Below are positions 14,409 to 21,986 of a stretch of DNA of 32,765 nucleotides, in pieces. Source of the DNA: Acidimicrobiia bacterium (GTDB lineage: Bacteria > Actinomycetota > Acidimicrobiia > Spongiisociales > JAOTWH01); NCBI GenBank assembly GCA_041619955.1, contig JBFKDA010000002.1, positions 1 to 32,765 of the forward strand, in the 5' to 3' direction. Numbering within the stretch: position 1 is the stretch's first letter; the number at the start of each line of letters is the position of its first letter. The translations under genes and the position numbers were made by a program. The notes under the pieces are model-generated. The model was not told where the DNA came from. It saw nothing but the letters and a program-made list of their open reading frames with translations, and did not search any database.

Positions 14409-16862
14409 TCAGCTGAGCAGGGTGATCCGGACCGTCGCGGTGTCGGTCCCGCCGTTGCCGTCGCTCACGGTGTAGGTGAACGAGTCCGGCTCCCCCGTCC
14501 AACCCAGGGGCGGGAGGTAGCCGACGTCCGTGCCGAGGATCACCACGGTGCCGCCGAGCACGCTCGAGTCGGACACCGCCGTGATCGTCAGCCGGTCCCC
14601 GTCGGGGTCGTCGTCGTTGGCGAGGACGTCGACCCTGAGCTGGCGGTCGAGCCTGGCTTCGCCGGCGTCGTCCTGCGCTGCGGGCGGGTCGTTGACCGGC
14701 GTCACCGTCACCCGGACCTGAGCCTTGTCGCATTGGTCGAACGGATCGCAGATCTCGTAGCGGAAATGGTCGTTGCCGTTGAAGTCCGGGGCCGGGGTAT
14801 AGAGGATCGCCCCGGCGACGACCTCGGCCGTGCCGTCGTCCGGCGCCTTGTCGATGACGATCCGGAGGCTCGCCAGGTCGTCGGCGCGATCGTTGACCAG
14901 CACGTCGATCACCACGAACCCGTCCTCGGCGACCGTGGCGTCGTCGTCCTCGGCCCGCGGCGGGTCACCCGGCCCGCTTGGGGGGCTCGTGGTGGTGGTG
15001 GTGGTGGTGGTGGTCGGTGGCGGCGCGGTCGTCGTCGTGGTGGTCGTGCTGGTGGGCGCCGTCGTGGTGGTGGTGGTCGGTGGCGGCGCGGTCGTGGTCG
15101 TGGTCGGCGCCGTCGTGGTGGTCGTGCTGGTCGGCACCGTCGTGACGGTGGTGGTGGTCGATGGCGGCGCGGTCGCGGTCGTGGTGGTGGTGGTCGTCGT
15201 TGGTGGAGTGGTGGTGGTCGTCGTGGTGGTGGTCGCAGGCGCGGTCGGGGTGGGGGCGGCGACGGTCGAGCTCGGCGGCGGCACTGTGGCGAGGGCGAGC
15301 GTGGTCGTGGTGGTGCTGCTCGTCGCGGTCGTCGTCGGTGCCGTCGTGGTCGTCGTCGGCGCGGTCGTGGTCGTCGTGGTGGCGGCCGGCAGCTCGCGCC
15401 CGAGCGCGCTCGGCACGTCGCCGGGGACCAGCTGGACGACGCCCGGCGGGGCGGCCCCCAGCTCGGGCGGTCGGCCGGGCGCCATCTCGACCTCGAGCAG
15501 GCCCACCTTGCACCGCCCGTCGTACGTACACACGCGGTACGAGATCGACGCCGTTCCCTCGGCGTCGGGCGGGGCGACGAACACGATCGTTCCGTCGTCG
15601 CCGGCAGTCGCCACGCCGAACCCCGGCGCGGCGGCGATCGCCACGGACGCGGGGTCGGCGTCGGGCGCGGTCGCGACGTCCACGACGATTCCCGGCGCGG
15701 CCTGCTCCACGCCGAGCACGGCGGCCGGGGCGGGAGCAGGGGCGGTCGGTGAGGTGAACGGGCCGATCGTCGCCAGCACCACCAGGCTGGCGGCGACGGT
15801 GCCGACCGTGCCGGCCGCCGAGCCGAGCTGGCGGAAGCTGCCCATCGCCGGGATCGCACCGAGCACGGCCAGCGGTCCCATCACCCAGCGGATGCGCCCG
15901 ATCGAGATGTTCAGCAGTGCCCGGACTACCGCCGCGTCGAACTGCGTGCCCGCCCGATAGGCCAGTTCGCGGCGTGCGACGTCGGGGTGGCGGGGCGGCT
16001 GGTAGCTCCGGCTGGCGGTCATCGCGTCGAAGGCGTCGGCGACGGCCACGATGCGCGCCCCGAGGTTGATCTCTTCACCGACCAGCCCGCGGGGATAGCC
16101 GCTGCCGTCGATCCGCTCGTGGTGGTGGAGGATCGTCTCGGCGTATCCGCCAAGGAACGGGTGGAGAGGCCGCGCCAGCTCGTACCCCAGGTCGGGGTGG
16201 CGCCGCAGCTCCGCCCATTCGGCGTCGTCGGGCTTGCCGTCCTTGCCGAGGATCGCCGGCGACACCGCCAGCTTGCCGACATCGTGGAGCAGCGCGGCCC
16301 ATCGGAGCCGATCGCGATCGTCATCCGACAGGCCCATCTCGTCTGCGAGCAGGTCGGCGTACGCGCGGGTTCGCTCCGAGTGGCCGCGGGTCCGGGCGTC
16401 GTGGTTGCCCAGCGCAGCGATCATCGTCACCAGCAGCTCGGCCGCCGCAGTGGCGTCGTTGCTGCCGACGCCGGACTCACGGGCTTCGGCAACCAACCTG
16501 CCGAGCCGGCGGGTCGACCAGGCGCGCGCTGCCAGCTTGAACCGCGACGGGGCATGGTCGGGGAACACGAGCGACAGCCGGTAGAGAACCCCGAGCGGCA
16601 GCAGCCGCCGGGCAGCCCGGCGTGCCACGACGACGGTGGCGATCGTCACGGTGATGATCGCCAGCCACCACGCCAGCGTTGCCGCGGCGCCGCTCGGGTC
16701 GGGGAGCACGTTCGCGAGCGTGAACGCGGCGCCGATGGCCAGCACGACGGGGACGAGGATGACGATCGCGCGGAGAGCGCCGCTGAGCACGGGTCGGGCA
16801 CGCCAACGAGGCACGGCCTTCTGACTCCTCCTAACCGGTGACCGTTCCGCCGAACGGTTCAT
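14409..16862 (-). CDS. Membrane HD-GYP domain protein fused to a Thr/Pro-rich linker and cadherin-like/Ig-like C-terminal domains
   Basis: ORF track 14409..16862(-), 817 aa. Two N-terminal TM helices. HD-GYP domain (HSERTRAYADLL, ALLHDVGKLAV, HHHERIDGSGYPRGL). One or two further hydrophobic segments, then an Ig-like domain (TASISYRVCTYDGRCKVGLLEVEM). About 130 aa of Thr/Pro repeats, then two cadherin-like repeats (ATVAEDGFVVIDVLVNDRADD...ILYTPAPDFNGNDHFRYEICD...VTVTPVNDPP; LRVDVLANDDDPDGDRLTI...GEPDSFTYTVSDGNGGTDTATVRITL). Alternative GTG start at 16814, 12 nt after AGGAGG. Confidence 0.85.
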   Translation of the reverse strand: MNRSAERSPVRRSQKAVPRWRARPVLSGALRAIVILVPVVLAIGAAFTLANVLPDPSGAAATLAWWLAIITVTIATVVVARRAARRLLPLGVLYRLSLVFPDHAPSRFKLAARAWSTRRLGRLVAEARESGVGSNDATAAAELLVTMIAALGNHDARTRGHSERTRAYADLLADEMGLSDDDRDRLRWAALLHDVGKLAVSPAILGKDGKPDDAEWAELRRHPDLGYELARPLHPFLGGYAETILHHHERIDGSGYPRGLVGEEINLGARIVAVADAFDAMTASRSYQPPRHPDVARRELAYRAGTQFDAAVVRALLNISIGRIRWVMGPLAVLGAIPAMGSFRQLGSAAGTVGTVAASLVVLATIGPFTSPTAPAPAPAAVLGVEQAAPGIVVDVATAPDADPASVAIAAAPGFGVATAGDDGTIVFVAPPDAEGTASISYRVCTYDGRCKVGLLEVEMAPGRPPELGAAPPGVVQLVPGDVPSALGRELPAATTTTTTAPTTTTTAPTTTATSSTTTTTLALATVPPPSSTVAAPTPTAPATTTTTTTTTPPTTTTTTTTATAPPSTTTTVTTVPTSTTTTTAPTTTTTAPPPTTTTTTAPTSTTTTTTTAPPPTTTTTTTTTSPPSGPGDPPRAEDDDATVAEDGFVVIDVLVNDRADDLASLRIVIDKAPDDGTAEVVAGAILYTPAPDFNGNDHFRYEICDPFDQCDKAQVRVTVTPVNDPPAAQDDAGEARLDRQLRVDVLANDDDPDGDRLTITAVSDSSVLGGTVVILGTDVGYLPPLGWTGEPDSFTYTVSDGNGGTDTATVRITLLS
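14988..15390 (-). repeat. In-frame imperfect tandem repeats (63/81-bp spacing) encoding the Thr/Pro-rich linker
   Basis: Exact 24-mer GGTGGTCGGTGGCGGCGCGGTCGT at 15009-15032 and 15072-15095 (63 bp apart). A 2-mismatch copy lies at 15153-15176 (81 bp further). The surrounding sequence is (GGT/GTC)n. Spacings are multiples of 3 and translate to TTTTTAPPPTTTTT-type units. Confidence 0.85.
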
Positions 16863-17041
16863 GCGCGTGATCGGCGCAAACCCCGGCGGGGGTCGTGGTC
16901 GGAACCATGGATAGCGCCCTTGTCACCCGTTCGGACCCCGGTCGCATGGATAAGTTCCCACCGGGCGGCGGAAATGAGCCGCTCGGCCCACTCCACGTCG
17001 TCTGCGCACCGCGCGGGAGGACGGGCTGGTACAAACATCCC

Positions 17042-17524
17042 ATGTTCGGCATTGCGCCCCGCACGGCGCGACTGTGGCTGGCGGTGGGCGCGGTGCTCGT
17101 GCTGGCCGCTGCAGTCGGCTACTTGGTGACCCGTCCCGACGCCTTCGCCTGGGGTCGCGCCGATGGAGCCACGGCCGCCGGCGTCACCCAGGACCGCGGC
17201 GACGACGCCTGCGGCCAAGGGGACCTGGTTGTCCTCGACATCGCGCCGGAGGCAGCGCTCGGCGTGTCCGGCACGTTCGTCCGCGACGATGCCGGCGTCC
17301 TCTCGGAAGCCGAGTTGCGCGCCCACTTCGCTCGCGACAACGGCTCTATCCGCCGCTACGGGCCGGATGCCACGCTCCCGGAGGATGCCACCGAGACCGG
17401 ATGGACGCGCGGCGACGGCGCCCGGCTGTGGCTCCGCCCCTCCGCCGACGACTACTCCTACGTCGTGGCGGGAGATGTCGTCGAGGCATGGCCCCGGGCC
17501 GAACCGCCGCTCATCTGCGACTGA
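17042..17524 (+). CDS. Hypothetical N-terminally anchored protein
   Basis: ORF track 16895..17524(+). Start tentatively ATG 17042 (MFGIAPRTARLWLAVGAVLVLAAAVGYLV = signal anchor). In-frame ATGs at 16907 and 16946 are alternatives. No recognisable domain and no clear RBS at any start. Confidence 0.5.
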   Translation: MFGIAPRTARLWLAVGAVLVLAAAVGYLVTRPDAFAWGRADGATAAGVTQDRGDDACGQGDLVVLDIAPEAALGVSGTFVRDDAGVLSEAELRAHFARDNGSIRRYGPDATLPEDATETGWTRGDGARLWLRPSADDYSYVVAGDVVEAWPRAEPPLICD

Positions 17525-17552
17525 CGCTCCCTGGCCTGGGAGAATGCCCGCC

Positions 17553-18392
17553 ATGCAGCGGATCGTCGTCACCGGAGGCAGCGGCAAGGCAGGCAGGGCG
17601 GTGGTCGCCGACCTCGTGGAGCACGGGTTCGACGTCGTGAACGTCGACGTGGCCGCCGGCCCCGACCCGGACGCGCCGACGCTCGTCGCCGACCTCACCG
17701 ACCTGGGCCAGACCGTCGAGGCGCTCGACGGCGCCGACGCCGCCGTTCATTTCGCCGCGATCCCCGCCCCGAACATCCTGCCCGACGCCGCCACGTTCGC
17801 CGCCAACGCCATGTCGACCTACCACGTCTTCGCGGCAGCGGCCCGGCTGCGGCTGCAGCGGGTGGTGTGGGCGTCGTCGGAGACCCTCATCGGCCTGCCG
17901 TTCGAGCGCGAGGCGCCCAGGTACGCGCCGGTCGACGAGGATCATCCCCTCCTGCCCGAGTCGCACTACGCGCTGGCGAAGCTCACCGGCGAGGTGCTGG
18001 CCGGCGAGTTCAGCCGCTGGTCGGGCATCCCGTTCGTGGCGCTGCGCATCTCGAACATCATGGAGCCCCACGATTACGACCGCTTCCCCGCGTTCTGGGA
18101 CGACTACCGGACCAGGGCATGGAACCTGTGGGGCTACGTCGACGCCACCGACGTCGCGCAGGCCGCCCGGCTCGCGCTCGGCGCCGACGTCGAGGGCGCC
18201 CCGGCCTTCCTGGTGGCGGCCGCCGACACGGTGATGCGGGCGCCGTCGGCGGAGCTCCTCGAAGCCGTCTACCCGGATGTTCCGCGGCGGCGGGCAGTGA
18301 CCGGTCACGAGACGCTGCTGGCGATCGACAAGGCCCGGCAGCTGCTCGGCTACGCGCCGGCCGTGTCCTGGCGGGACCACGTCACCCCTTGA
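17553..18392 (+). CDS. NAD-dependent epimerase/dehydratase (extended SDR)
   Basis: ORF track 17163..18392(+). Start moved to ATG 17553 (MQRIVVTGGSGKAGRAVV = Rossmann GxxGxxG). Catalytic YALAK (YxxxK). Confidence 0.8.
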   Translation: MQRIVVTGGSGKAGRAVVADLVEHGFDVVNVDVAAGPDPDAPTLVADLTDLGQTVEALDGADAAVHFAAIPAPNILPDAATFAANAMSTYHVFAAAARLRLQRVVWASSETLIGLPFEREAPRYAPVDEDHPLLPESHYALAKLTGEVLAGEFSRWSGIPFVALRISNIMEPHDYDRFPAFWDDYRTRAWNLWGYVDATDVAQAARLALGADVEGAPAFLVAAADTVMRAPSAELLEAVYPDVPRRRAVTGHETLLAIDKARQLLGYAPAVSWRDHVTP

Positions 18393-19260
18393 GCGCGTCC
18401 TCGGCGAGGATCAGCGCCCCGGCCAGGCCGGCGGCCGGGAGGGCGCTCGGCACCACGAAGCTCGCGTCCTCGTGCTCGGGGAGCGCCGGGTAGCCGGCCA
18501 ACTGGTCGGCCAGCGCGCCGCGTAGCGCCTCGAGCAGCCCGGGCAGCTTGGCAACGCCGCCACCCAGGACGATGCGCTCGGGGGCGACCGTGTAGATGAT
18601 GCTGCGGAGCCCGACCGCCAGGTACTCGGCCTCGAGATGCACCGCCCGGTCCAGCGCCGCGCCGGTGAGCTGCTCGGCGGGCATACCCCAGCGGGCCGCC
18701 AGCGCGGGTCCCGCCGCCATGCCTTCGAGGCAGTCGCCGTGGTACGGGCACGCACCGGCGAAGTCGTCGCCGGGCAGGCGCCCCACGTACAGATGCCCCA
18801 TCTCGGGGTGAACCAGCCCGTGCGCCAGCCGGCCACCCACCACCGCGCCGCCCCCGACCCCGGTGCCGACGGTCAGGTACACGAACGAGTCACACCCGGC
18901 CGCCGCCCCCCAGCGGCCCTCGGCGAGCGCGGCGCCGTTCACGTCGGTGTCGAAGCCGATGGGGACGCCGAGCGCGTCCCGGAGCCGCCCGATCAGGTCG
19001 GTGCCCGGCCACCCCGGCTTCGGCGTGGCCGTGATGTGCCCGTAGTCGGCATGCCCCCGCCGCAGCTCGACGGGCCCGAAGGACGCAACGCCCAGCGACC
19101 GGACCGGATGGTCGTCGAAGAACGCGATCACGGCGCCGATCGTCTCGTCCGGGGTCGAGGTGGGGATCCGAGCCGTCGCCGCCAGGTCGTCGGGCCCGGT
19201 GCCCGCCGCGCACACGAACTTGGTGCCCCCGGCCTCCAGCGCTCCGAGCGGCGCGCTCAC
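18382..19260 (-). CDS. ROK family fructokinase (Mak-like)
   Basis: ORF track 18382..19752(-). Start moved to GTG 19260 (VSAPLGALEAGGTKFVCA...), with GTGA overlap to the upstream gene. ROK motifs LTVGTGVGGGAVVGG and the zinc site CPYHGDCLEGMAAG. Confidence 0.85.
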   Translation of the reverse strand: MSAPLGALEAGGTKFVCAAGTGPDDLAATARIPTSTPDETIGAVIAFFDDHPVRSLGVASFGPVELRRGHADYGHITATPKPGWPGTDLIGRLRDALGVPIGFDTDVNGAALAEGRWGAAAGCDSFVYLTVGTGVGGGAVVGGRLAHGLVHPEMGHLYVGRLPGDDFAGACPYHGDCLEGMAAGPALAARWGMPAEQLTGAALDRAVHLEAEYLAVGLRSIIYTVAPERIVLGGGVAKLPGLLEALRGALADQLAGYPALPEHEDASFVVPSALPAAGLAGALILAEDALKG

Positions 19261-20210
19261 GATGCGCCGGCCGGCATGCGAAAGGGGATCGGGTCGGCGA
19301 TCTCCCCGATGAAGGCGTCGTGCTCCTCGTTGAGGAAGCCCACGAGCTGCCACTTGCCGTCCATGCCCGGCACCAGCCGCCCCGAGTACAGGCTGCGGTA
19401 CGGCAGCAGCGCGGCATCGCGGCCGACGTCGAACGGGCCGAGCAGCGAGCCGCCGGGCACGACGTAGGTACCGGCGTGCAGCCCGGCCCCGGCCGCGGAG
19501 CGGCGCAGATCGGACACGTGCATCGGGTCGATCGAGAACAGCAGCAGAGCCTGGCCGTCGACCACCTCCACCTGCGACACCTCGAGCTGCCCGAACCCGG
19601 CAGGCGCGGTGAGCGGCGGGCGCACCTCCCAGTGCGCGAGGTCCGGGGAGGTGGCGTGACCGATGACGCCCCGGTCGTCCGGGATGGCGTCGTTGCACCT
19701 GGCGGTGACGAGCATGTGCCAGCCGTCGCCGGCTGGGTCTCGGAACACCCACGGGTCACGCCAGGCCTGGTCGTGCCAGACGTCGAGGTCCAGCAGCTCG
19801 TACCAGCGGGCATCGGCCTCGACCAGCGGGTTGGCGGGGTGGCGCCGCCACGTGAGCAGGTCGGTCGACGTCGCGGCGCCGATCCGCTGGACGAGCGCGT
19901 TCTCCCGGGTCGCCGCGCCGGTGTAGAACATCCACCACACGCCGTCGTCCGCCCGCACCACGCTGCCCGTCCAGGTGGCGGCGTCGTCCCAGTCGCCAGC
20001 GGGGCCCGGCGCCAGCGCATCGGCCACGACGTCCCACCGCGACAGATCGTCCGACACCGCGTGCCCGATCGAGACGTTCCAGTGGCGCAGGTGCGGGTCT
20101 CCGATCGCGCGGGGCGCCTGCAGGTAGAACATGTGGTGGCGTCCGGCGTCGGCGGCGAACCAGCAGTCCCACACCCACCGATCCGGAAGCCGAAGTCCCA
20201 CGGCGGGCAT
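19257..20210 (-). CDS. Glycoside hydrolase clan GH-J (GH32/GH68-like beta-fructosidase)
   Basis: ORF track 19257..20300(-). Start moved to ATG 20210 (MPAVGLRLPDRWVWDCWFA...). WVWDCW nucleophile-type motif, RDP motif (AWRDPWVF) and a later acidic motif (FGQLEVSQVEVV). No signal peptide seen. Confidence 0.7.
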   Translation of the reverse strand: MPAVGLRLPDRWVWDCWFAADAGRHHMFYLQAPRAIGDPHLRHWNVSIGHAVSDDLSRWDVVADALAPGPAGDWDDAATWTGSVVRADDGVWWMFYTGAATRENALVQRIGAATSTDLLTWRRHPANPLVEADARWYELLDLDVWHDQAWRDPWVFRDPAGDGWHMLVTARCNDAIPDDRGVIGHATSPDLAHWEVRPPLTAPAGFGQLEVSQVEVVDGQALLLFSIDPMHVSDLRRSAAGAGLHAGTYVVPGGSLLGPFDVGRDAALLPYRSLYSGRLVPGMDGKWQLVGFLNEEHDAFIGEIADPIPFRMPAGAS

Positions 20211-20275
20211 TATGCCGCGGGGAACCCGGCGGCGGGCCGCCGCCGTCATAGCCGCACGACGACTGGGAGGCACGG

Positions 20276-21319
20276 ATGGTGCGGCGCACGGTGAGGGCAA
20301 CGGCGACGGTGACGGCGGCAGTGGCGGCGGCGGTGCTGCTGGCGGCGCCGGTCGCCTCGGCGTGCGGCTTCCTGGTGTCGGCGAACGGTGCGGTGCGGCT
20401 CGACCGGACGACGACGTTCGTCGCCTGGGAGGATGGCATCGAGCGCTACATCACCAACTTCTCGTTCCAAGGTCCGGCCGAGTCGTTCGGATCGCTGATC
20501 CCGCTTCCGGCCGAGCCCACCGACGTCACCCGCGCCGGCGACTGGACCCTCCAGCGGCTCGCCCGCGAGGTCAACCCGCCGCCGGAAGCGTTTGCCGAGA
20601 CGGCGGTGCTGGCCGCCGACCTGGGCGAAGCCGAGGTGATCCTGCAGACCCGCATCGACTCGCTGGACGTCGTGGTGCTGCGGGGCGGCGGACCGGCGGT
20701 GCTGGAGTGGGTCAACGCCAACGGCTTCGACCTGCCCGAGGGGCCGGAGACCGACCACATGCTCGACTTCTACGCGTCGCGCTCGCCGTACTTCCTGGCC
20801 GCCCGCTTCGACGCCGCGTCAGCAGCGGAGGACGGCTTCGCCGCCGGCGACGGCATCCCGGTGCAGATCACGATCCCCACCGATCGACCCTGGGTGCCGC
20901 TGCACATCCTCCACGGCGCCAGCCCGGACACCGCGATCATCGAGGCCGACGTGTACCTGCTGACCCCCGACAGGCCGGAGCTGCTCCACGGCGAGGGGTT
21001 GTTCCTGGAGCGCTCGGAACGCGCCGGCCGGCTGCTGCTCGACGACCTGCGGTCGGACGAGAACATGGAGTGGGTGCCCGAGCAGGGCTGGTTCACCTAC
21101 CTCCGGCTCTCCACGCCCGCGGCCAACGTGAGCTACGACCTGTCGGTCGGCGTCGACGGGCTGCGCCCGTCGTTCGAGGACGCCGCGATGACGCCGTTCG
21201 GATCTGCCGCCTCGGCGCACGCCACCAGGCAGGTCAGCTGGCACCGGCCGCTGCTCGCCGGCGGCGCGGTGGTGCTGCTGGGTCTCCTCGCCTTCCCGCG
21301 CGTGAGGGGGCGTGGGTAG
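20276..21319 (+). CDS. Secreted, C-terminally anchored protein, DUF2330-like
   Basis: ORF track 20276..21319(+). GGGAGG lies 7 nt upstream. The signal peptide ends ...AAPVASACGFLVSANG, matching the Cys-Gly start I associate with DUF2330. C-terminal TM (LLAGGAVVLLGLLAF) plus RVRGRG. The domain name is from memory. Confidence 0.55.
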   Translation: MVRRTVRATATVTAAVAAAVLLAAPVASACGFLVSANGAVRLDRTTTFVAWEDGIERYITNFSFQGPAESFGSLIPLPAEPTDVTRAGDWTLQRLAREVNPPPEAFAETAVLAADLGEAEVILQTRIDSLDVVVLRGGGPAVLEWVNANGFDLPEGPETDHMLDFYASRSPYFLAARFDAASAAEDGFAAGDGIPVQITIPTDRPWVPLHILHGASPDTAIIEADVYLLTPDRPELLHGEGLFLERSERAGRLLLDDLRSDENMEWVPEQGWFTYLRLSTPAANVSYDLSVGVDGLRPSFEDAAMTPFGSAASAHATRQVSWHRPLLAGGAVVLLGLLAFPRVRGRG

Positions 21320-21962
21320 GCTGCGCGGCGTGCCGACCACGATCCGCCGAATCGCCGATTCATGCGTCACCGTCACCACCGACGAGGGCACGACCCTCTT
21401 CGACCCGGGCTTCACGGCGTTCGACGACGACGACGTCGACCTCGACGGCATCGGCGACGTCCAGCGGGTGCTGATCACCCACGAGCACGGCGACCACGTC
21501 AAGCCGGAGTTCGTGCGCTGGCTCGTCGACCGGGGCGACGACGTCGCAGTGCATGGCAACGAGGCGGTCGCGGCGCTGCTGGCCCCGCATGGCATCGAGG
21601 TCGACGTCGCGCTGCCGGCCGGCACGAGCGGCGAGGACGTGCTCCACGAGGTGATCCCCACCGGCGCCGCGCCGCCCAACCGGGCGTGGACGGTCGATGG
21701 CGTGCTCACCCACCCGGGCGACAGCTACCAGCCGAACGCCACGGCCCCCGTGTTGGCGCTCCCGCTGCTGGTCCCGTGGGGCTCGACGACCGCGTCGGTG
21801 GCGTTCGCCCGCCGGCTCCGGCCGGCCCAGGTCGTCCCGATCCACGACTGGTACACGAGCCCGGCGGGACGCGCGTGGGCTGCGCAGCTCGTGCGGAAGG
21901 TGCTGGCCGAGGACGGCATCGAGGTCGTGCCGCTCGGCTGGGGCGACGCCTACACGCTCTGA
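21312..21962 (+). CDS. MBL-fold metallo-hydrolase
   Basis: ORF track 21312..21962(+). GTG 21312 overlaps the upstream stop by 8 nt; alternative GTG at 21330. HxHxDH motif (LITHEHGDHV) and a later His/Asp (VVPIHDWY). Confidence 0.75.
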   Translation: MGRLRGVPTTIRRIADSCVTVTTDEGTTLFDPGFTAFDDDDVDLDGIGDVQRVLITHEHGDHVKPEFVRWLVDRGDDVAVHGNEAVAALLAPHGIEVDVALPAGTSGEDVLHEVIPTGAAPPNRAWTVDGVLTHPGDSYQPNATAPVLALPLLVPWGSTTASVAFARRLRPAQVVPIHDWYTSPAGRAWAAQLVRKVLAEDGIEVVPLGWGDAYTL

Positions 21963-21986
21963 GCCGGCGGGCGCGATACTGGCGGC

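Noticed and set aside
14409-15000. Cadherin-like C-terminal domains considered as a diversity-generating retroelement target or hypervariable receptor
   Set aside because: There is no reverse transcriptase and no template repeat elsewhere in the window. I found no adenine-specific mismatch pattern between repeats.
14733-15960. Plus-strand ORFs rich in GGRRR/VVVV, and the regular-looking repeats at 14988-15390, considered as a possible CRISPR-like or satellite array
   Set aside because: The repeats are in-frame with the 817-aa minus-strand gene and encode its Thr/Pro linker. There is no repeat-spacer organisation and there are no cas genes. The plus-strand ORFs are the complement of ACC/ACG codon runs.
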